Assembly (NCBI GenBank): GCA_964350135.1
Contig: CAYGJN010000001.1
Location: 110 to 58,524, forward strand
DNA from: an uncultured Bacteriovoracaceae bacterium
GTDB taxonomy: Bacteria > Bdellovibrionota > Bacteriovoracia > Bacteriovoracales > Bacteriovoracaceae
DNA: 58,415 bases
Reading direction: 5' to 3'
The notes under the pieces were generated by a model, which saw only the letters and a list, made by a program, of their open reading frames with translations, had not been told where the DNA came from and ran no database searches. Of the stretch, positions 18,550 to 27,323 are shown piece after piece. A program made the position numbers and the translations under genes. How positions within the stretch are numbered: the first letter of the stretch is position 1; every line of letters begins with the position of its first letter.

Positions 18550-19712
18550 AATGCTTCACCTAAAAAACTGCTACTTGGGATATTAATCACTCTTTTATAA
18601 AGAGACTCTGTTATTGATAAATCCATTCTTGGAGAATTTTCATAAGGCCTTAACAGATGGCTTGGCTTCCATAATGGTCGCAAAAATATTTTCTCAGATA
18701 AGCAGTACTCAAGAATTTCATCACGAACTTCTAAGTCTGAGTCTTCTAAAATAAGGCAGTTAAGCCAATGATTAGAGTCATCAAAAGCTATTCCTTCAAA
18801 AAAACTTACTCCTTGAAGATCTGAAAAAGCCTCTCTGTATTTCAAAGCAAGTTTTCTTCTTGATGCTAAAAAGCCAGATAGCTGTTCCAATTGAGCAACT
18901 CCAAGTGCTGCATTTAGATTTGGCATTCGATAATTATAGCCAACTTCATGGTGAACAAATTCAAACTTATGTCCCTCTTTTGCAGTAGTTGAAAGATACT
19001 TTGCTCTTTGAGCAAGTTTTTCGTCATTAGTTAGAACTGCACCACCACCGCCAGTTGTGATAATCTTATTACCGTTAAAGCTTAAAGCACTGCAATGCCC
19101 ATAACTACCAACATGTTTACCCTTGTATTTAGTTCCAAGGGCCTCAGCGCTATCTTCAATAAATTTTATATTAAATTCAGAACAAAGATCGAGAAGATTT
19201 GTAATCTCATTTGGGTTACCAAAAGTATGCATACAAACAAGAGCTGAAATCTTATTTCCAGTTTTTTTATTAAAAAGAAGATTATTTCTTCTCTCAGTAT
19301 TTTCAACGAGATAATTTTTCAACTTATTAACATCAATACCCAAGCTACTCTCATCAACATCGACAAAATGGGGGATTGCCCCTGCATACTTTATCGCTGC
19401 ACTTGTAGCAACAAATGTAAGTGAAGGAGTTAAAACTTCATCACCCTGTTCAACACCACTTATAAGTAAGCATAAATGAAGTGCAGATGTTCCATTAGAT
19501 GTAACTACTGCATGTTTTACATCACAATATTCAGCGATGTTTTTTTCAAGTAGATCAACATATTTTCCACTCGAAGAAACCCAGGAAGTATCAACACATT
19601 CTTTTAAATACTTTAACTCATTTCCATTAAGAGATGGTTCCGATAAGTGAAGATCTTTATCTCCACAGACAGATCGAATTCTTTTTGCAATTTCGACTTT
19701 GAGGTTGCTCAT
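18546..19712 (-). CDS. DegT-family aminotransferase (LegC/PseC/PglE-like)
   Basis: LSFNGNKIITTGGGGAV (PLP lysine context). 4-nt overlaps with both neighbours. Confidence 0.85.
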   Translation of the reverse strand: MSNLKVEIAKRIRSVCGDKDLHLSEPSLNGNELKYLKECVDTSWVSSSGKYVDLLEKNIAEYCDVKHAVVTSNGTSALHLCLLISGVEQGDEVLTPSLTFVATSAAIKYAGAIPHFVDVDESSLGIDVNKLKNYLVENTERRNNLLFNKKTGNKISALVCMHTFGNPNEITNLLDLCSEFNIKFIEDSAEALGTKYKGKHVGSYGHCSALSFNGNKIITTGGGGAVLTNDEKLAQRAKYLSTTAKEGHKFEFVHHEVGYNYRMPNLNAALGVAQLEQLSGFLASRRKLALKYREAFSDLQGVSFFEGIAFDDSNHWLNCLILEDSDLEVRDEILEYCLSEKIFLRPLWKPSHLLRPYENSPRMDLSITESLYKRVINIPSSSFLGEAL

Positions 19713-20713
19713 ATATTATATATATCTGTTTTGTATTGTTTAAGGTTTTCTGGATTTTTAAACCATTCAATTGTTTTTAACAAACCTTTCTCTAGGCCAT
19801 CAAGCCCGCCATGTTCTGGATTCCAATCAAAGAGAGATTTTGACTTCTCGACCCCAGCAAAGAGACGATTAACTTCACTATTTTCAGGTCGCATTCTTTC
19901 TTGATCACAAGTTATTTCAATTTCTTTATTCATGACCTTGGCAATACTCTTGGCCAAATCCCCAATAGAGATTTCAAAACCACTACCGATATTTGTAATT
20001 TCTCCAACTGTCTTGTCACAAGCTGCACATTGAATAAAGCCCATGGCCGTATCTTGGACAAAAGTAAAATCTCTCGTAGGACTTAAAGCTCCGAGCTTAA
20101 TTTTATCTTTTCCTACTAAAAGTTGAGAGATTATTGTGGGAATAACTGCCCTTGCTGATTGTCTCGGCCCATAAGTATTAAAAGGACGTAAAACTGCTAC
20201 TGGTAATTCAAATGAGCGATGAAATGAGATGGCCATTTGATCAGCACCAATCTTAGATGCTGAGTAAGGGGACTGACCATGCAAAGGATGCTCTTCATGA
20301 ATTGGTACAAATTGAGCTGTTCCATACACTTCGCTTGTAGAGGTGTGAACAACTTTTGATACTCCCAGCTCTTTGGCTGCTTGAAGTATATTTAGAGTGC
20401 CTTTAATATTTGTATCAACATAAGTTTCCGGAGAATGGTATGAATACGGTATTGCAATTAGGGCCGCAAGGTGAAGGACAATATCGCAGCCTTTCATCGC
20501 TTCTTTAACACCATACGGATCTCTAATATCGCCAAGAAATACTTCTACTTGGTCTTTAACTGGTGATTGTTCGAGCCAGCCCCAAGTACCAAATGAATTA
20601 TAAAGACAAAAAGCTTTTACATCTAATCCTTGCTTGCATAGAAGCTCAACCAAATGAGATCCAATAAATCCATCAGCTCCAGTTACTAATATTTTCTTTC
20701 CTTTAAGATCCAC
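19709..20713 (-). CDS. NAD-dependent nucleotide-sugar 4,6-dehydratase/epimerase (LegB-like SDR)
   Basis: KILVTGADGFIGSHLVE (GxxGxxG) and catalytic YSASK. First gene of the operon. Confidence 0.85.
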   Translation of the reverse strand: MDLKGKKILVTGADGFIGSHLVELLCKQGLDVKAFCLYNSFGTWGWLEQSPVKDQVEVFLGDIRDPYGVKEAMKGCDIVLHLAALIAIPYSYHSPETYVDTNIKGTLNILQAAKELGVSKVVHTSTSEVYGTAQFVPIHEEHPLHGQSPYSASKIGADQMAISFHRSFELPVAVLRPFNTYGPRQSARAVIPTIISQLLVGKDKIKLGALSPTRDFTFVQDTAMGFIQCAACDKTVGEITNIGSGFEISIGDLAKSIAKVMNKEIEITCDQERMRPENSEVNRLFAGVEKSKSLFDWNPEHGGLDGLEKGLLKTIEWFKNPENLKQYKTDIYNI

Positions 20714-20843
20714 AATCTCTCCTCTCGTGGGCGTATAGGCTCTACACTAGCATTTGAGGTCTAATTTGCCTCTAAAATACTGTAATAATTGCCTTCTTCA
20801 CCTCATTTCATTGCTCCCATTTTGCAGGAGAATACAATAAAAT

Positions 20844-23507
20844 ATGATGAAAAATAGATTATTTAAACTCTTGATATTATTAGCGAATGCTATGGTTTTT
20901 GTCTATGCACCTTTCATCAATGCAGCTCAAACATTTCCATCAAGTCAAATCATTGAATTCCAAGGTTTTATTAATAATGCTTACTTGGATAACTCACATA
21001 ATCTACTTAAAATTCAAGGAACAAAGGAATATTCTGCAGAGTTTTTAAAATCAATGTATCTTTTACGATTCAATGAAACCCAAAAACTTTTAAGATCAAG
21101 AAAAGCTTTGCAAGAGCTTCGCTCCCCTCTTAAAGATCAAGAGCATCTACCCAAACTATCTGAAAACTTTAAAAGCCTTTACAATATTGGATCAAAAAAA
21201 ATTGAGCCTATACAAACTTTAATTAACCAAGTTGAAAAAGGAAGCACTCTTTCTAAGATAAAAAGAGAAGAGCAAAGAGAGGAGTTATTCTCACAGCTCA
21301 ATATTTATGCAGTGGTTTTAAATTACCTAGATCGTGCAATTAAATTTATTGAAACTGATTTATGGGAAAATAATAAAAGTCTTGATTTGATCGTTGAAAA
21401 AATCAGAACAGAGAAACTAAGAAAAGCTGGCAGAGATAGAAGAAACACCAGTAGGAAAAAGATTAAAGAAGCTTTGAAGAAAAAATTTTTTAAACAGCTT
21501 GATCTTAGCTCTAAACTTGAAACACTCTATGCTCAGAAAATTTTCTTCTTGAATAGGTTTCCCCTCTTAGGAATAGAGCTTAAAGATCCTCATACTGAAA
21601 AAGATCTTCTTTCATATAAGCATCTGTATACTCGGATGCAAAAAATCATTGAGCTACCTGACCTTAGTAAGTCTATCAACTCCAATTTCATTGATTTCTC
21701 TAAGGATCAAATTAATTTTGAGTATAAAGATGAATTACTAGATTATGATCCTGAAGTTATTCTTTTAATTGCAGGAAATTCAACTAAAGACCATATTGAA
21801 GAAACCAGAAAAATTAATGAATCTACTCATGAAGTTTATGATCTTTGTCTAGAAAAAGCCCTCGAAGGAAATCATGAGTTTCTTGAGGACCTCAATAAAG
21901 AAATTCAATTTGAAGATAATACAGCCCCCTTTCTTTTATTAGCAGCTAACCCAGCTCATTGGAATGAGTTAAAAAGATTTTATCCTTGGTTCAGTGAAGA
22001 GTTTTTTACAAAAGCTGAAATACAAGCTGAGAGTATTATTCTTAAACAAGCTGAAAAACAAAAATTTTATTCTACAGCCCTTAAATATACTAGCTATGGT
22101 TTTTACGGTCTAAGCGCTGTTTTTTTTATAACAGGAGTGGGAGGGGTTCTTACTGCAGGTGCAGGAGCGGCCCTAAGAACTGCTGCCACAAGAATGGCCT
22201 TGCATAGAATGATGGTTTTAAGAAAGGTAGGAGCCATGAACTCCGCTGGAATTGGAACAACTTCTATGAGCGCAAAAGTTGGATATGACTGGATTAATCA
22301 TAAACGTTTTTCTGAGCTTGCGACAAATTTATATATTGGAGCAAGAGAGTCCCAAGATTTTGAAGGACAACTTGATAAAAGGCTGATTACTGATAGAGAC
22401 TTCAATGAATTAATAATTACAGTTGTGGGGTCAATATTATTACTTAGAGGCCCTATCGGAGCTATTGTTGATAGAGCGAGATTAACATTTTCCTCTCCTG
22501 CACAAGGAGTTATAAGCCTGGGAGCAAAAGGTGAGAAGAATTTCAGGCAAACGCTTTCAAGAATTTCTCAATCTAGTCTTATGAGCACTAAGCTTATTAA
22601 AAATATGCATCAAAAAGCATCAGCAGTTTTTTCCAAACCAAAAAATCCTATGATTGCCTGGACTAATAAACTTGCAACTAAGGCCAAGACAACAAGAACA
22701 GAGCTTATAAGAAAAGTTAAGAATTCTGAGTACTACCAAACATTTATCAATAACCCAGAAGCCTTTCCCACTCTTCAAAGAGAGTTAACGGTCGAGTTTA
22801 TGGCAGCCTTAACAGCTGAGATCATGGTTAGAGGAGATAATTTCGATGATGAAATTGGTGAAGCAACCTTTAATATTATGTTTGCTATGTTTGTGACTTT
22901 TAATATTGTCTCTAAAAGCTATAGACAAGTTGATGGTCTGGTTTCTAAAAAGATTTGGCCTGAAGTTGGAAAAGGTAATTATACAAAAGCTCTAAAGAAC
23001 TGGGGTTTCAATTCAGTTCAATTGATGAAGACAATTGCAAAAATCGCAACGGCTTTTAGTGCAGGCCTTCTTCTCTCTGATGCTTACAAACATATTGTGA
23101 ACGGAAAGGAGTTTTCCAAGGAGGATCTTTTCCAAACAGCTGAGCGTATTTTTTGGATGACAACGGTTATTGGAATTGGCTCTCCTCCTAGATCTGAGCT
23201 GGTTTATCATGGCTTTAATCCTAGCGTTGATAAACTTCTAAGAAAAAAACTTGGGAGCAGGGTTGGTAATTTTGTTATCAAAAAATATGGAGAAGGCCTT
23301 AAAATTCCAATCTCTATTGGAAATAATTCAATTGGTCCTTATCTATTAACTTCCGTACTTGTTCAACGAGGGATTCAAGGTGATTCTCAAGAGCTTAATG
23401 AGCAGAGTTTTGTTTACATTGAACCCGATGCTAGAAACGCTGCTTATTTATATCCAGATCTTATAACCGAAGGTTATGATTTGGTATTTCAAGGAATTTC
23501 TGAGTAA
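20844..23507 (+). CDS. Large orphan envelope protein: signal peptide, charged N-terminal half predicted coiled coil, multi-TM C-terminal half
   Basis: 887-aa ORF. N-terminal LLILLANAMVFVYAPFINAAQ. Gly/Ala-rich hydrophobic segments (FFITGVGGVLTAGAGAAL, ATFNIMFAMFVTFNIV, IAKIATAFSAGLLL). No family recognised. Confidence 0.6.
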   Translation: MMKNRLFKLLILLANAMVFVYAPFINAAQTFPSSQIIEFQGFINNAYLDNSHNLLKIQGTKEYSAEFLKSMYLLRFNETQKLLRSRKALQELRSPLKDQEHLPKLSENFKSLYNIGSKKIEPIQTLINQVEKGSTLSKIKREEQREELFSQLNIYAVVLNYLDRAIKFIETDLWENNKSLDLIVEKIRTEKLRKAGRDRRNTSRKKIKEALKKKFFKQLDLSSKLETLYAQKIFFLNRFPLLGIELKDPHTEKDLLSYKHLYTRMQKIIELPDLSKSINSNFIDFSKDQINFEYKDELLDYDPEVILLIAGNSTKDHIEETRKINESTHEVYDLCLEKALEGNHEFLEDLNKEIQFEDNTAPFLLLAANPAHWNELKRFYPWFSEEFFTKAEIQAESIILKQAEKQKFYSTALKYTSYGFYGLSAVFFITGVGGVLTAGAGAALRTAATRMALHRMMVLRKVGAMNSAGIGTTSMSAKVGYDWINHKRFSELATNLYIGARESQDFEGQLDKRLITDRDFNELIITVVGSILLLRGPIGAIVDRARLTFSSPAQGVISLGAKGEKNFRQTLSRISQSSLMSTKLIKNMHQKASAVFSKPKNPMIAWTNKLATKAKTTRTELIRKVKNSEYYQTFINNPEAFPTLQRELTVEFMAALTAEIMVRGDNFDDEIGEATFNIMFAMFVTFNIVSKSYRQVDGLVSKKIWPEVGKGNYTKALKNWGFNSVQLMKTIAKIATAFSAGLLLSDAYKHIVNGKEFSKEDLFQTAERIFWMTTVIGIGSPPRSELVYHGFNPSVDKLLRKKLGSRVGNFVIKKYGEGLKIPISIGNNSIGPYLLTSVLVQRGIQGDSQELNEQSFVYIEPDARNAAYLYPDLITEGYDLVFQGISE

Positions 23508-23624
23508 TGTGTTTTTCTAAATTACCTTAAGAGTTTTAGGCTTTAAATTCTTTAGACTTATATCTTCTTCTAGTTTTATTTACCCTTACTTGCAGCAAAC
23601 TTAAACCATAGTTAAGATCAAAAT

Positions 23625-24383
23625 ATGAGAATACTAATAATATTTGTATTAATTTTCACTTTCAAACCAACTGCATTTTCCCAGTCAGGTACTAATATAC
23701 TTAACGCTGACTTTGCTGATCTTGAACTTGGTGGTGGATACACTGCTGGAACAAGATTCCGAGAGGATTTTGATGATGATAGTGGGGATAATTATAATGG
23801 TCTGACCTACCTTATTCATGCAAGGTTTATGATCTTCCACTTTTCCAATGTTCTTACTATAAGCAATATTAATAATGATAAAGGTTTTAAGCTTGGCTTT
23901 TTAACTTATTATACCGGTCATGATTACGAGTCAGAGGGACTAGATGATCGAAACAAACATTTTTTTGGAGGAGGCTTTACTGGCTATGGCCCCTTTATAA
24001 TTTATGGCTATGCTGATGTAGGCTCAAAAAGTAGTGGCTCTGTTTATGGTTTTAGATTTACACCCCTTATCTACAAATCAGGAAAGGCTACAATTAACCT
24101 TCTTATTGAAGGCAATTATTATAACCACCGCTATGTTGACTATTTTTTTGGTGTTACTTCTGATGAAGTTGCTCTGTCTGATAATATTAGTAGTCCTTAT
24201 GAGGGAAAAGGTACTGGCTCTGGTGAGTTAGGCGCTGTTTATAATAGGGCCTTAGGTACCAATTCGAGGTTTACCATCTTTGCCAAAGGTGAGTGGTACG
24301 ATAAGGGTATCTCTGACTCCCCTACGGTAAAAAAGAATTTGAGAGTTGGTGCAGGAGCTGGTTGGCTCTATAAATTCTTTTAA
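23625..24383 (+). CDS. MipA/OmpV family outer-membrane beta-barrel protein
   Basis: Signal peptide. DYFFGV and ISDSPTV motifs, alternating beta-strand pattern, and terminal aromatic residues (YKFF). Confidence 0.6.
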   Translation: MRILIIFVLIFTFKPTAFSQSGTNILNADFADLELGGGYTAGTRFREDFDDDSGDNYNGLTYLIHARFMIFHFSNVLTISNINNDKGFKLGFLTYYTGHDYESEGLDDRNKHFFGGGFTGYGPFIIYGYADVGSKSSGSVYGFRFTPLIYKSGKATINLLIEGNYYNHRYVDYFFGVTSDEVALSDNISSPYEGKGTGSGELGAVYNRALGTNSRFTIFAKGEWYDKGISDSPTVKKNLRVGAGAGWLYKFF

Positions 24384-24598
24384 ACTAGTTGGAAAAAAAA
24401 CATCAAAAATCAATTTTTTGTTGCAAAATATCGCCTCATTAAATATTTTCTGCTTACTCAAATCTTACACAAAGCCTTTTAATTCTAAATATAACTACCT
24501 GTAATTAATGAACTTTCCTCCCCTAAACAAAGAAAATCTAGTCTTTAAATCATAAACTGCCCCACAATAGTCCCAAGTCATTAATCGAAGGAGCTGTT

Positions 24599-25228
24599 AT
24601 GAAATTAGTTGATAAGATTCTCTCGACTCTAGTGCTCGCAGCAGTCTTTTTATCTACAGGCTGCGGTAGTAATAAAAAATTAGTTGTGAACTCAGCACCA
24701 AGTAATGCTGATGTTTACCTCAAGGGAGCAAATTCTGATTATTTTCCTAACAATAAATTCAAAGTCGGAAAGACTCCTCTTATTATAGAAAACTATAAAT
24801 TTACTAATGATGAAGGTGAAGTAACAGAAGTAGAGATTAACGATATAATGGAAGAACAGTTTTTTGTTATCATTGAAAAAGAGAGTTATGAACCAAACTC
24901 TTTTATGGCACCACCTCTTGCACATGAAGTAAAACTTAAAGTCATCCCCGAGCTAAAAATTTCAGGACAGCACTTAAAAAAAGAAGCTAGTTTTAATGGA
25001 GAAGTTCGAATTACATCTAATCCAACTGGAGCAAAAATTTATATCGACAATATGCTCGTTGGAAATAGTCCGTATACAGGGGATCTAAAGTCAGGCGAAT
25101 ATGAGCTTGTTATTAAACAAGATGGTTTTAAGGATTTAAAAGAGAAAGTTCAGGTAAACCCAAATAAACTAAAAGGTCTTCATTTTGACCTTTCTCCAAC
25201 AATTAAAAATGGATTAGTGAAAAATTAA
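24599..25228 (+). CDS. PEGA-domain lipoprotein
   Basis: Lipobox FLSTGC. Two PEGA-like modules (VNSAPSNADVYLKG...; VRITSNPTGAKIYIDNMLVGNSPYTGDLKSGEYELVIKQDGF). Confidence 0.7.
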   Translation: MKLVDKILSTLVLAAVFLSTGCGSNKKLVVNSAPSNADVYLKGANSDYFPNNKFKVGKTPLIIENYKFTNDEGEVTEVEINDIMEEQFFVIIEKESYEPNSFMAPPLAHEVKLKVIPELKISGQHLKKEASFNGEVRITSNPTGAKIYIDNMLVGNSPYTGDLKSGEYELVIKQDGFKDLKEKVQVNPNKLKGLHFDLSPTIKNGLVKN

Positions 25229-25311
25229 TATGAAAAACAAATAAAGCACCATAATGTTTTATCCACCTCTCCCTCTTCTTAAATTTTGGTGCTGAAGTTA
25301 CTAGGGTCGGT

Positions 25312-26277
25312 TTAGGCCCTAGTGCTTTTTTGAGAAAGAAAATAACAACCGCTTGTCTTAAGGTCTTCATCTGAAAAATTTTGAAAAGCAGATGCTAATT
25401 GACTTCTATCTATTGACGAGGTCTCTTCCACTGAAATCTCCTTTAAACTTTTAAAACCATATTTCGTCAAATAGTTCCTGTGGTCTGAGACAGGGGATCT
25501 ATTTATTAAATAAGGTCTTTTTCCTCTGATAATTTTCCACTGCCATTCAGGAATTGCCCAATGACCGTCCCAGGTTGTGGCCAATCCATGACATTTAAAG
25601 TCTACCTGATGTGAAACAACTCCCCCGTCTTTAAGCCATTTATACATTGATAAATAAGTTGAGTCTAAATCATCAACATGTTCAAGAACGGCCTGGGAGT
25701 AAATTAAGTCCAGTGAAGATTCTCGGACAAGCTTTGAGTCAGACCAAGGAGCACAATAATGGATGACGGAACTTTTAGAGTTTACTTCAATAAGAGAGTC
25801 TCTGATTCTTTTCAAGCGTTGTGGTGCTAGGGCATTTTCCAAATGAGCTGAATCTAAGATTTTAGGAAAGTCGTAATTTTTTAAAAAGGGTTTTACTCTT
25901 GGAAATTCTTCATTATCAGGCAAAGCTGCAGTATTTTTAAAAAGCTCTACTAATTCATCAAAAATTACTAAGTTTTTCTCTAAGTCAGAATAAGCAATAA
26001 CATCAAAGGCATAATAATGTTCAACTCCACTAATAAGAGCTGCTAGACCGATTCCAAGTGAGTCCCCAGGACCGAGCTCTGCAATATGTTTGGGAAAACT
26101 AAAGTTTGGAACTGTCTCTGCGCAAAGTTTAAGATGCCTTAACCAAACAGTATAACAATAACGTGATTTACTCGTACCCCCTGTCCCTGTTTGCAAATAG
26201 CGAAAATTGGCCATTCCTGGAATATGTGTCAGCATTCCAAAAAGAAGAGGTTTAAGTCTAGGTTGAGGTCTTATCAT
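25312..26277 (-). CDS. Class I SAM-dependent methyltransferase
   Basis: Motif I IAELGPGDSLGIG, acidic loop YYAFDV, and later LDLIYSQAVLEHVDDL. Confidence 0.6.
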   Translation of the reverse strand: MIRPQPRLKPLLFGMLTHIPGMANFRYLQTGTGGTSKSRYCYTVWLRHLKLCAETVPNFSFPKHIAELGPGDSLGIGLAALISGVEHYYAFDVIAYSDLEKNLVIFDELVELFKNTAALPDNEEFPRVKPFLKNYDFPKILDSAHLENALAPQRLKRIRDSLIEVNSKSSVIHYCAPWSDSKLVRESSLDLIYSQAVLEHVDDLDSTYLSMYKWLKDGGVVSHQVDFKCHGLATTWDGHWAIPEWQWKIIRGKRPYLINRSPVSDHRNYLTKYGFKSLKEISVEETSSIDRSQLASAFQNFSDEDLKTSGCYFLSQKSTRA

Positions 26278-26323
26278 AAGCGCATTAAATCAGATTCATT
26301 AGGAAAAAGAAAGGCACTCAGAA

Positions 26324-26908
26324 CTATGTCTCTTGCAAATATTTAGCAATATAAGAAATGCAATTTATTATACTCGTAAGTTCAAGGCCTTCTTCTTCTA
26401 GGTTCATATGCGGGGTTGGAGGAATATGAATAAAGCCTGCTTTGTAGTCTTTGGCCATGGTGTAATCAAGGGTCTTGTACATTAAATCATTGCAAACATA
26501 AGTACCTGCTGTATTTGAGATCTCCACAGGCATTTTGTTATCTTGGCATTTCTCCAAGAGCTCTTGAATAGGAAGAGTGCTAAAAAGTCCATCATGACCA
26601 TTTATATTTATCTTTAAATTTTTAGGTTGATAATTATCATTATCTGCAATTCGAGCATCTTGTATATTAATAGCAATTCTTTCTAATGAAACTAGTTTGC
26701 GATTGCTTGCTAGACCCAATAAAACAATAATCTCTGGTCTAAAGTGATCAATCTCTTTTTTCAACTCTTGAAAAGCATTCTTAAAACTGACAGGTAAAAT
26801 GATTTTTTTGAGTTTAGGGTTTTCTGGTAATAAATCTATAACTTCTTGAGACGGGTTAGTGCTCATTTTATCAAATGGGGCAAAGCCAGTTATCAATAGT
26901 TTTTTCAT
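26324..26908 (-). CDS. pcp: Pyroglutamyl-peptidase I (pyrrolidone-carboxylate peptidase)
   Basis: LLITGFAPFD N-terminus, catalytic Cys context GTYVCNDLMY, and His context GFIHIP. Confidence 0.8.
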   Translation of the reverse strand: MKKLLITGFAPFDKMSTNPSQEVIDLLPENPKLKKIILPVSFKNAFQELKKEIDHFRPEIIVLLGLASNRKLVSLERIAINIQDARIADNDNYQPKNLKININGHDGLFSTLPIQELLEKCQDNKMPVEISNTAGTYVCNDLMYKTLDYTMAKDYKAGFIHIPPTPHMNLEEEGLELTSIINCISYIAKYLQET

Positions 26909-27030
26909 CTTATCCGACCTTTCTCCGCGTCAAAACTAGGTCAAAAGCTAGTAATTACTTCAATATGACAGATTTAGATCATAGACCTTTTCTTAAAGTC
27001 TGATAATATGAAGCTTAAAAGCTTTTGCAA

Positions 27031-27048
27031 ACCAAACTTTTGTTTGGT
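27031..27048. promoter_or_regulatory. Perfect 7-4-7 palindrome accaaac-tttt-gtttggt, 24 nt upstream of feoA
   Basis: Read directly from the sequence. It lies between a putative promoter region and the aagg Shine-Dalgarno of feoA. It could be an operator or a 5'-UTR hairpin. Confidence 0.35.
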
Positions 27049-27071
27049 ATACAAAACAAAAGGTTAAAACC

Positions 27072-27323
27072 ATGCAAGAAATCACTCAATCTCTTTGGGA
27101 GATAAAAGAAAACTCAAAAGCAATTATTGATATATACAATGATTCAATTCGCATTGAATACAAAAGCCGTTTGCTTGAACTTGGCTTTTCCCCTTCCACT
27201 GAAATCACTTGCCTCAAAATTACTCCATTTAATGGCCCAAGAGTTTTTGAAGTTTCAGGAAGTATTTTTACTTTAGAAAGAGATCTTGCCAAAAATATTT
27301 TTGTAAAGGCACTAAATGAGTAA
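27072..27323 (+). CDS. feoA: FeoA family ferrous iron transport protein
   Basis: 83-aa SH3-like protein (RLLELGFSPSTEITCLK) overlapping the start of feoB by 8 nt. Confidence 0.8.
   Translation: MQEITQSLWEIKENSKAIIDIYNDSIRIEYKSRLLELGFSPSTEITCLKITPFNGPRVFEVSGSIFTLERDLAKNIFVKALNE

Noticed and set aside
9667-20086. Plus-strand ORFs of 60-89 aa scattered through the glycan operon (9667-9849, 10293-10517, 10760-11029, 13206-13445, 13467-13694, 15413-15613, 17185-17403, 18079-18300, 19123-19314, 19647-19904, 19901-20086)
   Set aside because: All are antisense to well-supported enzyme genes, have low-complexity or odd composition, and lack ribosome-binding sites. I treat them as frame shadows.
25229-25311. 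agcacca ... tggtgct inverted repeat between the convergent PEGA-lipoprotein and methyltransferase genes as a terminator
   Set aside because: The 7-bp arms are separated by a ~31-nt loop and are not followed by a T-run, so this is unlikely to be an intrinsic terminator.
26998-27016. Possible Fur box (tctGATAATatgaagctta) upstream of feoA
   Set aside because: Only one GATAAT hexamer matches the 19-bp consensus. This is too weak in an AT-rich intergenic region.
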